Source of the DNA: Oculina patagonica | Lineage: Eukaryota | Direction of reading: 5' to 3' | Assembly: GCF_052425735.1 (NCBI RefSeq) | Contig: NC_135771.1 | Span: 23,126,001 to 23,190,000, forward strand | DNA: 64,000 bases | Part shown: positions 53,667 to 63,025 of the stretch, one piece after another | Numbering within the stretch: the stretch's first letter is position 1 | Layout of the letters: each line of letters begins with the position of its first letter | The notes under the pieces: model-generated | Told to the model about the DNA's origin: nothing | The model's database searches: none | Seen by the model: the letters and a program-made list of their open reading frames with translations, nothing else | Program-made: the position numbers and the translations under genes

Positions 53667-54532
53667 TAGTCCAGGTTTTCAGGATCTGCTGATCAGGCCC
53701 CCTCTTTTAGCAAAACAATTTATTCACACCACGAATTTGTAAACTGTGGCTCCATTTTCGGCTTTAGAATTCAATGTTAATGGGAAATAAAGTGGACCCT
53801 CCCGCAAGCGGACACGCGTTGGGCCTGAAAAAATTTCGACCCCTTAAGAGAGATTTCCCTTCTGGGAGCATAAAAATATAGTTTCTGTAGGTGGATGGAC
53901 CTTGATAATTGTCCGCTTATGAGAGGTGTCCGTTAGTAAAGGTTCAACTGTACTCAAACATAGCTTAACATAATAACAGCGTGAAATATTCAGCGCAGGT
54001 CATTTTATTAATTTCCATTCGTTTGCAGCTGAAACGAGAACAGCCATCGTTGCTAATTTATGTTTAGAAAAATTCTTCATAGGTTTATTGGAGAATAAAG
54101 TGTAGTTCACTTGTAATATTTTCTCTTGTTTAACTGCTTTGACAAAATATTGAGATGCGCGTAGCCTGAGGCGAGGACTCTTGAGAGCTATTCGGCGACG
54201 TCACCGATGAAAGAAGGTGGTGTTCAGCCCCTCTTCTGTAACTGAATTCACAGTCAAAAAGGCGGGAAAATAAATTTCGTCTAGAGGTACTGTTTTACTC
54301 CTGTCCACTGTCTGTGAAGACTATCGAATCCATTCTTGAAAGTAATTCACGGCGACTATATACAAGTGTAAGCTGCTTGGATTTTTACGAGGCTTTACGC
54401 TAAAATCGACCACCTCTGATCTTGTAAGTCACTGGACATCATATCGCACATGAACACATTTGATGTTTACTCTTAGAATTCCAACGAAGGCACTGTAGCC
54501 TCACTTTAAAGTGAGCATGCGCAAAAGAGTAA

Positions 54533-54612
54533 GGTAAGGTAAAGTCTTTATTTAACGAGGGTAGCACTAAAATAGCATAAAAACACTAACAAACCAGTGG
54601 CCCTCAATTATT
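54533..54612 (-). mobile_element. 5'-truncated LINE (CR1/L2-like) 3' end
   Basis: Minus strand ends TTAAATAAAGACTTTACCTTACC. TSD AGAGTAA. The paralogous site at ~12370 lacks the insert. Confidence 0.7.
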
Positions 54613-54827
54613 AGAGTAACTAGACCCAGGTTCCATTCGGATGATTTAGAGAAATTTTCCCATTTTTCCAGCTCAATTCAGCCATTTTGAACCCTTTAAG
54701 TTGTTTGCTATATTTTAGCCGCATTTTTTGATAAGTTGACCTAAATCGTTGATAAAAGTTCTCCACCATTTGTTGCAGCTCTAATTTTGCCTTTAGGTTT
54801 TCTGTTCTCTGTCTTCTCGTTATTACT

Positions 54828-55063
54828 AAAAGAAACCATTATGACAAGATCATAATGGGATTTTATGACAAGGCATCCTTGAAGGCAGTCGCCCCCAGGC
54901 TAAGGCGTTTGACGTAAAATGACTATTGAGTTTCCAACCAATCACGATCAACCGACCTCGGGATGTCACAGTTCTTAAGTGTGCTCTACATTGCACTCGC
55001 CCCTTTTAGATGCGCACCATCTCACTGGTCACATCGCTTCGCTGTCAGTGAATTTTTAATTTT
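54828..55063 (+). repeat. Split direct repeat A1 (236 bp)
   Basis: Appears identical to 60661-60896. Confidence 0.93.
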
Positions 55064-55116
55064 TCAGTGAATTCTTTAAGGCAAGTACACTTTTCACTTT
55101 AATTTTCTAGTTAATA

Positions 55117-55695
55117 ATGGCCGTGCCACGTGTTTTAGTTCTTGGGGACTCTTTTATTCGCCGTTTGAGCCATTTTCTATCGGGCCATTCCCGAAAATAT
55201 AGCGCTGACTTTCAGCTTTCTCGACGTGCTACGATTAAATGGCACGGGATTGGTGGCCGTACGGTTGCCAAAACTATCCAACACGATTTAAATGTCGTTA
55301 AGTCTTTCTGCCCAGATATCGTAATTCTGCAGTTAGGCTCAAACGATTTAACGGCATCTGACCCCGCACACGTTGGCTCTAACATTGATGATTTTGTAAG
55401 ACTATTGCATGATGTGTACAATGTTAACCTCATTTTCGTGTGCCAGACTATTATGCGTCAGGGCGCGGCAACGTTCAACCGTAAAGCCAAGCTTCTGACT
55501 AAGTATCTCAGAGTAGTCTTGGAGGACATACCGTACGCTTTTTTCTGGGGCCATAGGGGTTTTTGGCGCCCAACTCAGAACGTTTACGCGCGAGATGGTG
55601 TGCATCTAAATCCGTTGGGCCAGAAAAAATATTACCGTAGTCTTAGAGGAGCATTCTTGGAGTCATTGAGCCTGTTCCCTATCATTCCTGTTTGA
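55117..55695 (+). CDS. SGNH/GDSL hydrolase (esterase) ORF of the retrotransposon, 192 aa
   Basis: All four SGNH blocks are present: VLGDSF, GIGG, LQLGSND, RDGVHLN. Confidence 0.88.
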   Translation: MAVPRVLVLGDSFIRRLSHFLSGHSRKYSADFQLSRRATIKWHGIGGRTVAKTIQHDLNVVKSFCPDIVILQLGSNDLTASDPAHVGSNIDDFVRLLHDVYNVNLIFVCQTIMRQGAATFNRKAKLLTKYLRVVLEDIPYAFFWGHRGFWRPTQNVYARDGVHLNPLGQKKYYRSLRGAFLESLSLFPIIPV

Positions 55696-56261
55696 TGAAT
55701 TTTAACGAATTTTAACATCGAGCCCTCATTTTAGTACGTGCCTCGCCATGCCTTTGATATTTTACTGTGACAGCCTTTCAGTTTAATGTTTCGCTGCCCC
55801 TTATCTGTGGGCAAGCGTTTTTATTATGGCTGCACCCTTTCAGTTGTATAACTGATATCTGTTTTATGCAGAATTGTTTGAATGCTGGCGTTGACCTTAT
55901 GTTCCTTTAGTGTTCTGGTGAATATTATGAGTGTGCAATCATACTCGGCCGCCCGATTTGGGTGTGTCCTCAATGCACTTTAGTATTCTGCAACCAGACA
56001 CTGAGGTCCTATTCAATATATATGTGGCTCGAAATTTCTTTTCATGCGGGGAGCTCGCCTCTCTGCCATCGAACACATTTTTATCATTTATCTGAAGGCT
56101 CAACTTTCAATCTGCTCCTCTATGACACATTTTTTCCTTAATCTACAACCACAATCTCAGTTTCCTGTCAGGTACCTTTTTACTATCTTATCTTAACGGA
56201 AACCTGTGGCAATCAGCCTTCGGCTTTTCCTTTAATCTACATAATTTTCATTTTTTAAGTC

Positions 56262-57353
56262 ATGCCGCCTAAGAAGCGACCCTACCCAACACGAAGTAAT
56301 GCAAAACGGGCACGTCCACGTTTGTCGGAGATGGCAGAAACCCGCCCGGACAAAAGCAAGAGGCACGAAGTTGGGCAGGAAGAACAGCAAGAACAGCCCC
56401 ACATGGCAGTAAATTTAACAGCCCTTTCGGCTTCCATTTCCGTGGCGGTGAAGCAAGCCGTGGTTGAGGCCCTTGGGGAAAAGACACAAACCGTACAAAG
56501 TACCACACCCGCTTCTGCAACTGAGCAGTCCGTGGTGGACGAAGTCGTAAACGTCTCTTTGGCAGGGATAACCCAAGGTACGCAACCAAGTACGACAAAT
56601 GGCTTAACGTTAGCTGAGCCGGGGCTAGCCTCGCGGGCACCCAAGCAAATTTTTTCTAGTGTAGCCGTCCCTTTAAGCAGTCGAGTGAGCTCCAAAATCA
56701 AAGCCAAAATCTAGTCCCATGAGTATATTGATTTCGGGGCTTTACTCTCCTTTTCACCAAATAATCAAAAATTTTCTTTTACCCTCGCCTCTTCGGATGG
56801 TGAGTCAACCCGCCCTCAATTGACCCTCGAACCGAGTCAATCAGTTAAAAAAGTTCACACTATACAGCAGTGGCTTTCCGCTTTTAACATATTTGTGGCT
56901 ATTTACTCAGAGAAAAAGGCCAATGACACGCCCCAGCTCATGAAGTACTGCGAAATTGTTCGTGATATCGCCGCCAAACCAGGCGATTGGCTGTATTATG
57001 ACGAACAATTTCGTTTCATCAGGCAATCAGCCCCGGAACAGTATCCTTGGGATGCCATCCACTGGGAACTGTGGCTCAAGGCTGTAACGAATTTTCGTCC
57101 AAAAACCCAATTTCCCTCTGACAAAGGACCAATGCGCTTCCGCTCTCAGTCATTTCCCAAGGGCACTTGTTGGCGTTTCCACGCGGGAAAGGTGTGCAAC
57201 GGATGTCGGTTTGAGCATGTTTGTTTCAAATGTGGCTCAAAACACCCTGCCACACAGTGTGCACTCAGTCAACAAAAAGGAAGCCCCGTTAAAGCCAACA
57301 TTTCTAATATCGCGCCACAAGCCAGTAACACCCGTAAAGGTGGATCGGCTTAA
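56262..57353 (+). pseudogene. Gag-like ORF with one in-frame TAG at 56712-56714
   Basis: ORFs 56262-56714 and 56820-57353 are in the same frame. Reading through gives KIKAKI*SHEYIDFGALL, where DIRS-order gags typically have KIW..EY(I/V)D. C-terminal Cys/His knuckles CWRFHAGKVCNGCRFEHVCFKCGSKHPATQC. Confidence 0.8.
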
Positions 57354-58902
57354 TTTTCTTCTCAGCGGCTATGACGCTTCACTTCTCCTTTATTTGGTTA
57401 AAGGTTTTACTTTTGGTTTTCAAGTCGGTTTTGTCGGGGAAAGGCACGCTTTGCAATCACCTAATCTTAAAAGCGCTTTAGAACAGCCTCAAATAGTGCT
57501 CAACAAATTGACTAAAGAATGCGAGGCCGGGAGAATCATTGGTCCTTTTTCTTGCCCTCCATTTCAAAATCTGGTCTGTTCCCCTTTAGGCATTGTCCCC
57601 AAAAAAGCCCCTTCGGAATTTCGTATGATTCAACATTTATCTTACCCGCCTGGTACATCAGTAAACGATCACATTCCCGACGCGAATTCTTCGGTTCGCT
57701 ATGCGTCAATTTCTGATGCAATTACAGCTATAAAGAGGTTAGGGGCTGGTTGCTTCATGGCCAAAACAGATATAAAATCTGCTTTTAGGATCATTCCAAT
57801 TCACCCGTCCGATTTCCCTTTACTTGGCATGAAATGGGATAATCAATTTTATTTTGACGTTTGTCTTCCTATGGGACTGTCTTCCTCGTGTGCAATTTTT
57901 GAAGCTTTCAGTTCTTGCTTGGAATGGATTTCGGTCTACCGATTTGGCGCTTCGAGTGTGTTACACATACTTGACGATTTTCTATTTATCGCAAGTACCA
58001 AAGATAAATGTCAAAATGATTTATGCAATTTTCTTCGCATGTGTGATTACATTGGCGTGCCGATTGCTCACGAAAAGACTTTTGGCCCATCTCAAGTCAT
58101 CCAGTTTGCGGGAATAACACTCGATTCAATAAAAGAAGAAGCTCGTTTGCCGGAAGATAAGCTTCAAAAATGCCGCTTACTGCTTGAAAGCTTCAGAAAA
58201 CGTCGTAAAGTCACTCTGCGAGAATTACAGTCCCTAATAGGCCTATTAAATTTTACATGTTCCGTCATAGTCCCGGGACGTGCTTTTCTTCGCCGCTTGA
58301 TTGATCTCACTGTTGGGGTGCGTCGCCCACATCATCGCATTAGGCTTGGTAAAGAAACCAAACACGATATGGAGGTCTGGCTAAAATTCCTAACCGACTT
58401 TAATGGCCGGTCGTTTTTCTTGTCCGATATTTGGAACACCTCTCCTTCCCTTGAGTTGTTTACAGATGCGGCCGGATCCAAGGGCTATGGCGCTATTTTA
58501 AACCATAAATGGTTCTATGGCCATTTTCCTGATACGTGGCGATCTTTGAATATCACCTTTCTCGAACTATTTCCGATTACCGTCGCAGTGCGTATTTGGG
58601 GTCGCCACATGGCCAACCACTGTATCGTGTTTGTTACTGATAACGCAGCGCTGGTTAGTATCATCAATCAACAAACATCCAAACACAAATTAGTGATGAT
58701 ATTGATTCGCGACTTAGTTTTGACTTGTCTTAGTTATAACATTTTATTTCGTGCGCGTCACATACCCGGTCTTAACAACACTCGGGCCGATTGTCTTTCC
58801 CGATTTCAGATAGCACGCTTCAAGAAACTTTCACCCCAGGCGGACAAATTGCCGACCATTGTGCCCGAGAACCTTTTGCCGACGAGTTGGTTGCCAACTT
58901 AG
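57211..58902 (+). CDS. Reverse transcriptase + RNase H (pol); true start uncertain, overlaps gag
   Basis: RT motifs SPLGIVPKK, KTDIKSAFR, LPMGLSSS, HILDDFL. RNase H motifs FTDAAG, LELF, TDN, HIPG..ADCLSR. Confidence 0.93.
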   Translation: MSMFVSNVAQNTLPHSVHSVNKKEAPLKPTFLISRHKPVTPVKVDRLNFLLSGYDASLLLYLVKGFTFGFQVGFVGERHALQSPNLKSALEQPQIVLNKLTKECEAGRIIGPFSCPPFQNLVCSPLGIVPKKAPSEFRMIQHLSYPPGTSVNDHIPDANSSVRYASISDAITAIKRLGAGCFMAKTDIKSAFRIIPIHPSDFPLLGMKWDNQFYFDVCLPMGLSSSCAIFEAFSSCLEWISVYRFGASSVLHILDDFLFIASTKDKCQNDLCNFLRMCDYIGVPIAHEKTFGPSQVIQFAGITLDSIKEEARLPEDKLQKCRLLLESFRKRRKVTLRELQSLIGLLNFTCSVIVPGRAFLRRLIDLTVGVRRPHHRIRLGKETKHDMEVWLKFLTDFNGRSFFLSDIWNTSPSLELFTDAAGSKGYGAILNHKWFYGHFPDTWRSLNITFLELFPITVAVRIWGRHMANHCIVFVTDNAALVSIINQQTSKHKLVMILIRDLVLTCLSYNILFRARHIPGLNNTRADCLSRFQIARFKKLSPQADKLPTIVPENLLPTSWLPT

Positions 58903-59810
58903 AGAGTCTATTGAGCTCTGTATTATCATCTGGTTCGTGTCAATCTTATCGTAGAGCGTGGACACTATTTCGAGAATTTCACGCAACATTTTATAAGACA
59001 GACGCAGTACATTTGCCGTTGTCCACCGCCTCTTTGGCGCTTTTCATTTCCTTTCTCGACGGTAAAAAATTGTCGCCTGCGACCATTCTTTCTTATCTAT
59101 CGGCCATCGGCTATGTCCATAAGATGAAAGGTTTGCGTGATCCCACAAAGGCATTTCTAATCCAAAAACTATTAACCTCGCTAAGTCGTCGGAAATCTAG
59201 TGATGTTAGGTTACCGATATCAAAACCCATACTACATGACCTCGTAAACTCTCTTCAACGCACCAACTCATCGGCAGCCCAGCGTGTTCTTTTTTCTGCT
59301 ATGTTTCTGACAGCCTTCTACGGTTTCTTTCGCATCAGTGAACTAGCGGCCAAGAGCGCGCGTTCCAATGCGGTCATCCAATACGATAACCTGCGGCTCC
59401 TAAAATCCGCCGGAAAGATCCACTCGATTAAGATAACCATTACTCACTTTAAACACAATATAAACAACCGCCCTGTTGATATCATTATCACGGGCGACAA
59501 CACTTTACAATTCTGTCCGGTAAAGTCATTGCTACAGTACTGTGAAATGCGAGGTGATAAGCCCGGTCCTCTTTTTTGTCATCTCGACAATAGTCCCATT
59601 CTGGTTACCCAATTCAATACAGAACTTAGGCGCTGTTTAAACTTCTGCGGTTTGGACCCACAACGCTATAAAAGTCACAGCTTTCGCATAGGAGCGGCCT
59701 GCCTCGCGGCAGACAAAGGTTTCTCCGACGCACAGATCCGAGCTCTTGGTCGATGGAAATCTGATGCCTTTAAACTTTATATAAGAAATTCTACTTTACA
59801 AGCTATCTAA
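58791..59810 (+). CDS. Tyrosine recombinase; start uncertain, overlaps pol
   Basis: Catalytic set FFRISEL (R), HFKHN (K), SHSFRIG (HxxR), LGRWKS (W), KLYIR (Y). Confidence 0.93.
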   Translation: MSFPISDSTLQETFTPGGQIADHCAREPFADELVANLESLLSSVLSSGSCQSYRRAWTLFREFHATFYKTDAVHLPLSTASLALFISFLDGKKLSPATILSYLSAIGYVHKMKGLRDPTKAFLIQKLLTSLSRRKSSDVRLPISKPILHDLVNSLQRTNSSAAQRVLFSAMFLTAFYGFFRISELAAKSARSNAVIQYDNLRLLKSAGKIHSIKITITHFKHNINNRPVDIIITGDNTLQFCPVKSLLQYCEMRGDKPGPLFCHLDNSPILVTQFNTELRRCLNFCGLDPQRYKSHSFRIGAACLAADKGFSDAQIRALGRWKSDAFKLYIRNSTLQAI

Positions 59811-59815
59811 ATTTA

Positions 59816-60376
59816 GCAGGGGTCAGTCACGGCTGCCCTGCATAGCGTTTCAACTGCCTATTTTAGTCTCTGTTTTGTATGGGTCAGCAACGGTCTGCCA
59901 TACATTTCCGAGTTTACATTAGAAACCCTATATTTTAAGGTATCTCATTTTGAACATGGGTCAGTCACGGGCTGCCATGCTTCTTTTTTAGGTATATTAT
60001 AATGTAGAACGTTTCAATCAGTTCTTGTTTCTTATTATGGTGTCGTTTACACTTGTTTGTGTATATCAAAGCCTGTAAGTCGTGATAAGGGTCGGCAGGG
60101 GCCGCACCGTACCATTGGGTTTCAGTATTACCGTATCACATAATATTTCACGCCATTTAAATACCGTTCGTGTATGCGACGATGGTCAGACAGGGGCTGC
60201 ATCGCCGCATGCATGATCACGGCAATTTATTACAGTTACATTTCTTTGCTAGATTTGAAGGTACGACAGTCAATGTGCTTTCACATATAATTACCATTCA
60301 GCATTTGCAATTACCTTTTATATAATATATATTTTCCATTTGGTCTGTTAAGTTGGTCACGCAAGGGCTGCAACTT
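59816..60376 (+). ncRNA. Array of six GT-bulged stem-loops in the 3' non-coding region of the retrotransposon (putative cis-acting RNA or ssDNA element)
   Basis: Units at 59816-59841, 59876-59904, 59952-59983, 60083-60114, 60168-60216, 60350-60376. Consensus stem-G-GT-CAG-loop-CTG-C-stem', with different but complementary lower stems. Confidence 0.65.
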
Positions 60377-60440
60377 TCCGATCAAATTTCGGTCGAGCTC
60401 TGCGCTGTCTTGGTGGGGGTGCCACATTTCTGTGGCTCTA

Positions 60441-60665
60441 TGGCGGTTTTCCCCCCACCTTTGCTGAGTAGATATTTGTTAAGTGTATATCGGCAGATCT
60501 TGAAAATAAACTTCGTCACCTTGGGTGGCCAAATTTACTCCAACCAAAGACTCTGTGTTTCATTAAGTAGCCCTCAGCAAACGAGTGCGACGCCATGCAG
60601 AGCTCTTGATCGCGCATAGCTTATCCTTTTTCCTATATTGTTATAAAATGTCTTGTTATAAAAAG
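60441..60665 (+). repeat. Split direct repeat B1 (225 bp)
   Basis: Appears identical to 60988-61212; shares AAAAG with the start of A2. Confidence 0.93.
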
Positions 60666-60896
60666 AAACCATTATGACAAGATCATAATGGGATTTTATG
60701 ACAAGGCATCCTTGAAGGCAGTCGCCCCCAGGCTAAGGCGTTTGACGTAAAATGACTATTGAGTTTCCAACCAATCACGATCAACCGACCTCGGGATGTC
60801 ACAGTTCTTAAGTGTGCTCTACATTGCACTCGCCCCTTTTAGATGCGCACCATCTCACTGGTCACATCGCTTCGCTGTCAGTGAATTTTTAATTTT
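60661..60896 (+). repeat. Split direct repeat A2
   Basis: Appears identical to 54828-55063. Confidence 0.93.
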
Positions 60897-60987
60897 CCAC
60901 CTCCTCCCCTTCCGCCTGCCTGTGGATTACTGCCGTAGTTTACCTATATATTTTGTGCTTTAGTGTTTTATTTACAATTTTAGTAGG

Positions 60988-61212
60988 TGGCGGTTTTCCC
61001 CCCACCTTTGCTGAGTAGATATTTGTTAAGTGTATATCGGCAGATCTTGAAAATAAACTTCGTCACCTTGGGTGGCCAAATTTACTCCAACCAAAGACTC
61101 TGTGTTTCATTAAGTAGCCCTCAGCAAACGAGTGCGACGCCATGCAGAGCTCTTGATCGCGCATAGCTTATCCTTTTTCCTATATTGTTATAAAATGTCT
61201 TGTTATAAAAAG
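60988..61212 (+). repeat. Split direct repeat B2
   Basis: Appears identical to 60441-60665. Confidence 0.93.
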
Positions 61213-61261
61213 TATTTGATAAGAAAAGAAAAAAAACATTTAAAAGAATAGTAAAAAAGTG

Positions 61262-61544
61262 CGACAGTGAAAACAGAACGCACGTGACAGGATATTACCC
61301 TCGAGTCTGTTACACACGTGACATCCACTACACTGGGCAGATCTTCTCCAGCTGGAAAAATTAACAGCCATATCTGCCCACTGTTAGCAGTTTATCAAGT
61401 ACGAGTGTCAAAGTATGGCTGGTGGGTGTCACGTGATGGAGACAAGATGACGTATTGGGGAGGAAGTAACTCCAGCTTTCCTAAAAAGTGCGCATGCGGG
61501 TTAACTGGCACCTGTGCTGACCCCGGATATTTACAAGCAAATGA
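61262..61544 (+). pseudogene. Truncated, internally deleted exon-3 relic of the PAN-EGF-fibrinogen-like family
   Basis: [29 protein letters not shown] is retained, with frameshifts upstream and a deletion before TTACAAGCAAATGA. Downstream DNA matches the 3' flank of copy B. Confidence 0.8.
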
Positions 61545-63025
61545 CTGACTTACTAACGTAACATTGCATTTAGATACATCAGTTTCAGACAACTCACTAG
61601 TAGTCTGCCATTGTTTGGTCAGGCACTTTACACTGAAAATGAATAGATACTATGTTGAATATGACAGGTTTAAAATGTACTCCTTTTCAGTCGTAACCAA
61701 TGCTTGAAGTCAGAAAAAGTTTTAGAAACATGATAACAATTTCGAGTAAGATATTTCGTTTCAGTTGTAAATTAAAGTAATTCTGATTGTATGATTTATT
61801 GTTTCCTGTTAAGCGGGTTGCGCTTCCTGTCAATCAAGGTTTAAGTTAATAAAGTAAGTGTTAAATAAAGGGGGAAAATCACATATCATATTGAGCAAAT
61901 TTATAGTCGAGAGCTACTGAAGGCTCCTTTAATTGTTCCTACTCAAAGGGGACGAAGCGTTTTGGAACGTGGGGGGTTAACACTGTCTCAAAAATACTCG
62001 GCAGTTTTTTTTATATTTGGAGCATCTTTTTTTTCCGTTATAGCAACCTTTTGTTTTCTGAGCATTTTCTAGACCATAAAGATTTCTGAGGATTCTCCGA
62101 TTGTTGTTCAATGGCCATATGAACGTTTACGATCATTTTGCGAACTTTTCCGAATAAAAACGAAGTTTCCCGAAAACTTCCAAGAAATTTTCAAAGATTT
62201 TTGCACTCTCTCTCACGAGACGGAAAAGGAGTTGAAAAGCGGCCTTTTCACACTACAAGCTAATGGCCAACTCGTGTTGGCAAACTCAAGTTGGTGTGTG
62301 TGAACGATGCAACGACGGCAAACAAGTTGGCAAACTGTTGGCGACAAATTGTAGTTTTCTCTATTCTCGCCAACAGTTTGCTAACTGTTGTTGTGTTGTT
62401 CACACACACGCTAACTTGGGTTTGCCAAAATGCGTTTGCCAACTTTGGTAAGTAAATCGATATTAAGTCGAAACATCTTCGGATCTTCCTCGGCAGTCTT
62501 CGGTAATCTTCGGAAAACTTCGTAATTTTCGGGAAATGTTTGGAATCATTCGTACAACCTTTGGACAACATTTTGAAAATTTTCGGAAATCTTCGGAAAA
62601 TCGTTAAAAACATCGTATTTAGTAGGTTTATATAATAAACAGAATAATACATGGTTGCTTGGAGATATGAACTTTATCTTCTCGAGTTTAAATCCAATAT
62701 CTCACTCATTCGCTGCGCTCACTCGTGAACTATCGATTTAAACACTCGAAGATAAATTTCATATCTCCGCGCAACCATGTATTATCCTCTATATATCATC
62801 TTTTTCTTAACGGATCAAAGTTATGTACAAACAACTAACTTATAGTGACAAAAACACATCGTTTTATCCCCCCATAGCGATGCAATAATAACCTGCGAAA
62901 ATTGAAGTTGAGTTTTTAATTACGCAAAACACTGTGCAGTATTAGCTAGTGTTGACATAACTTTTAGAGTCTCGTCCATTGCACGAACAAGCAAAAAAAG
63001 AAAAAAAATTTGAGAAATAAGAATA

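Larger units (their letters stand above)
54828..61212 (+). mobile_element. Ngaro-type (DIRS order) tyrosine-recombinase retrotransposon with split direct repeats, full length
   Basis: Architecture A1-[SGNH, gag, RT/RNaseH, YR]-B1-A2-spacer-B2. No methyltransferase domain seen. The flanks rejoin to match an uninterrupted paralogous site at ~12140-12175 (reverse complement). Confidence 0.93.

Noticed and set aside
57211-58902. RT as part of a diversity-generating retroelement acting on the neighbouring variable genes
   Set aside because: The RT is DIRS-order with RNase H and YR. No template/variable repeat pair with adenine-specific differences was seen, and the element inserted after the duplications.
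59816-60376. Hairpin array read as a CRISPR array or as hammerhead ribozymes
   Set aside because: Repeats are not sequence-identical, spacer lengths are irregular, and there is no CTGANGA/GAAA core. Kept instead as a structural-motif finding.
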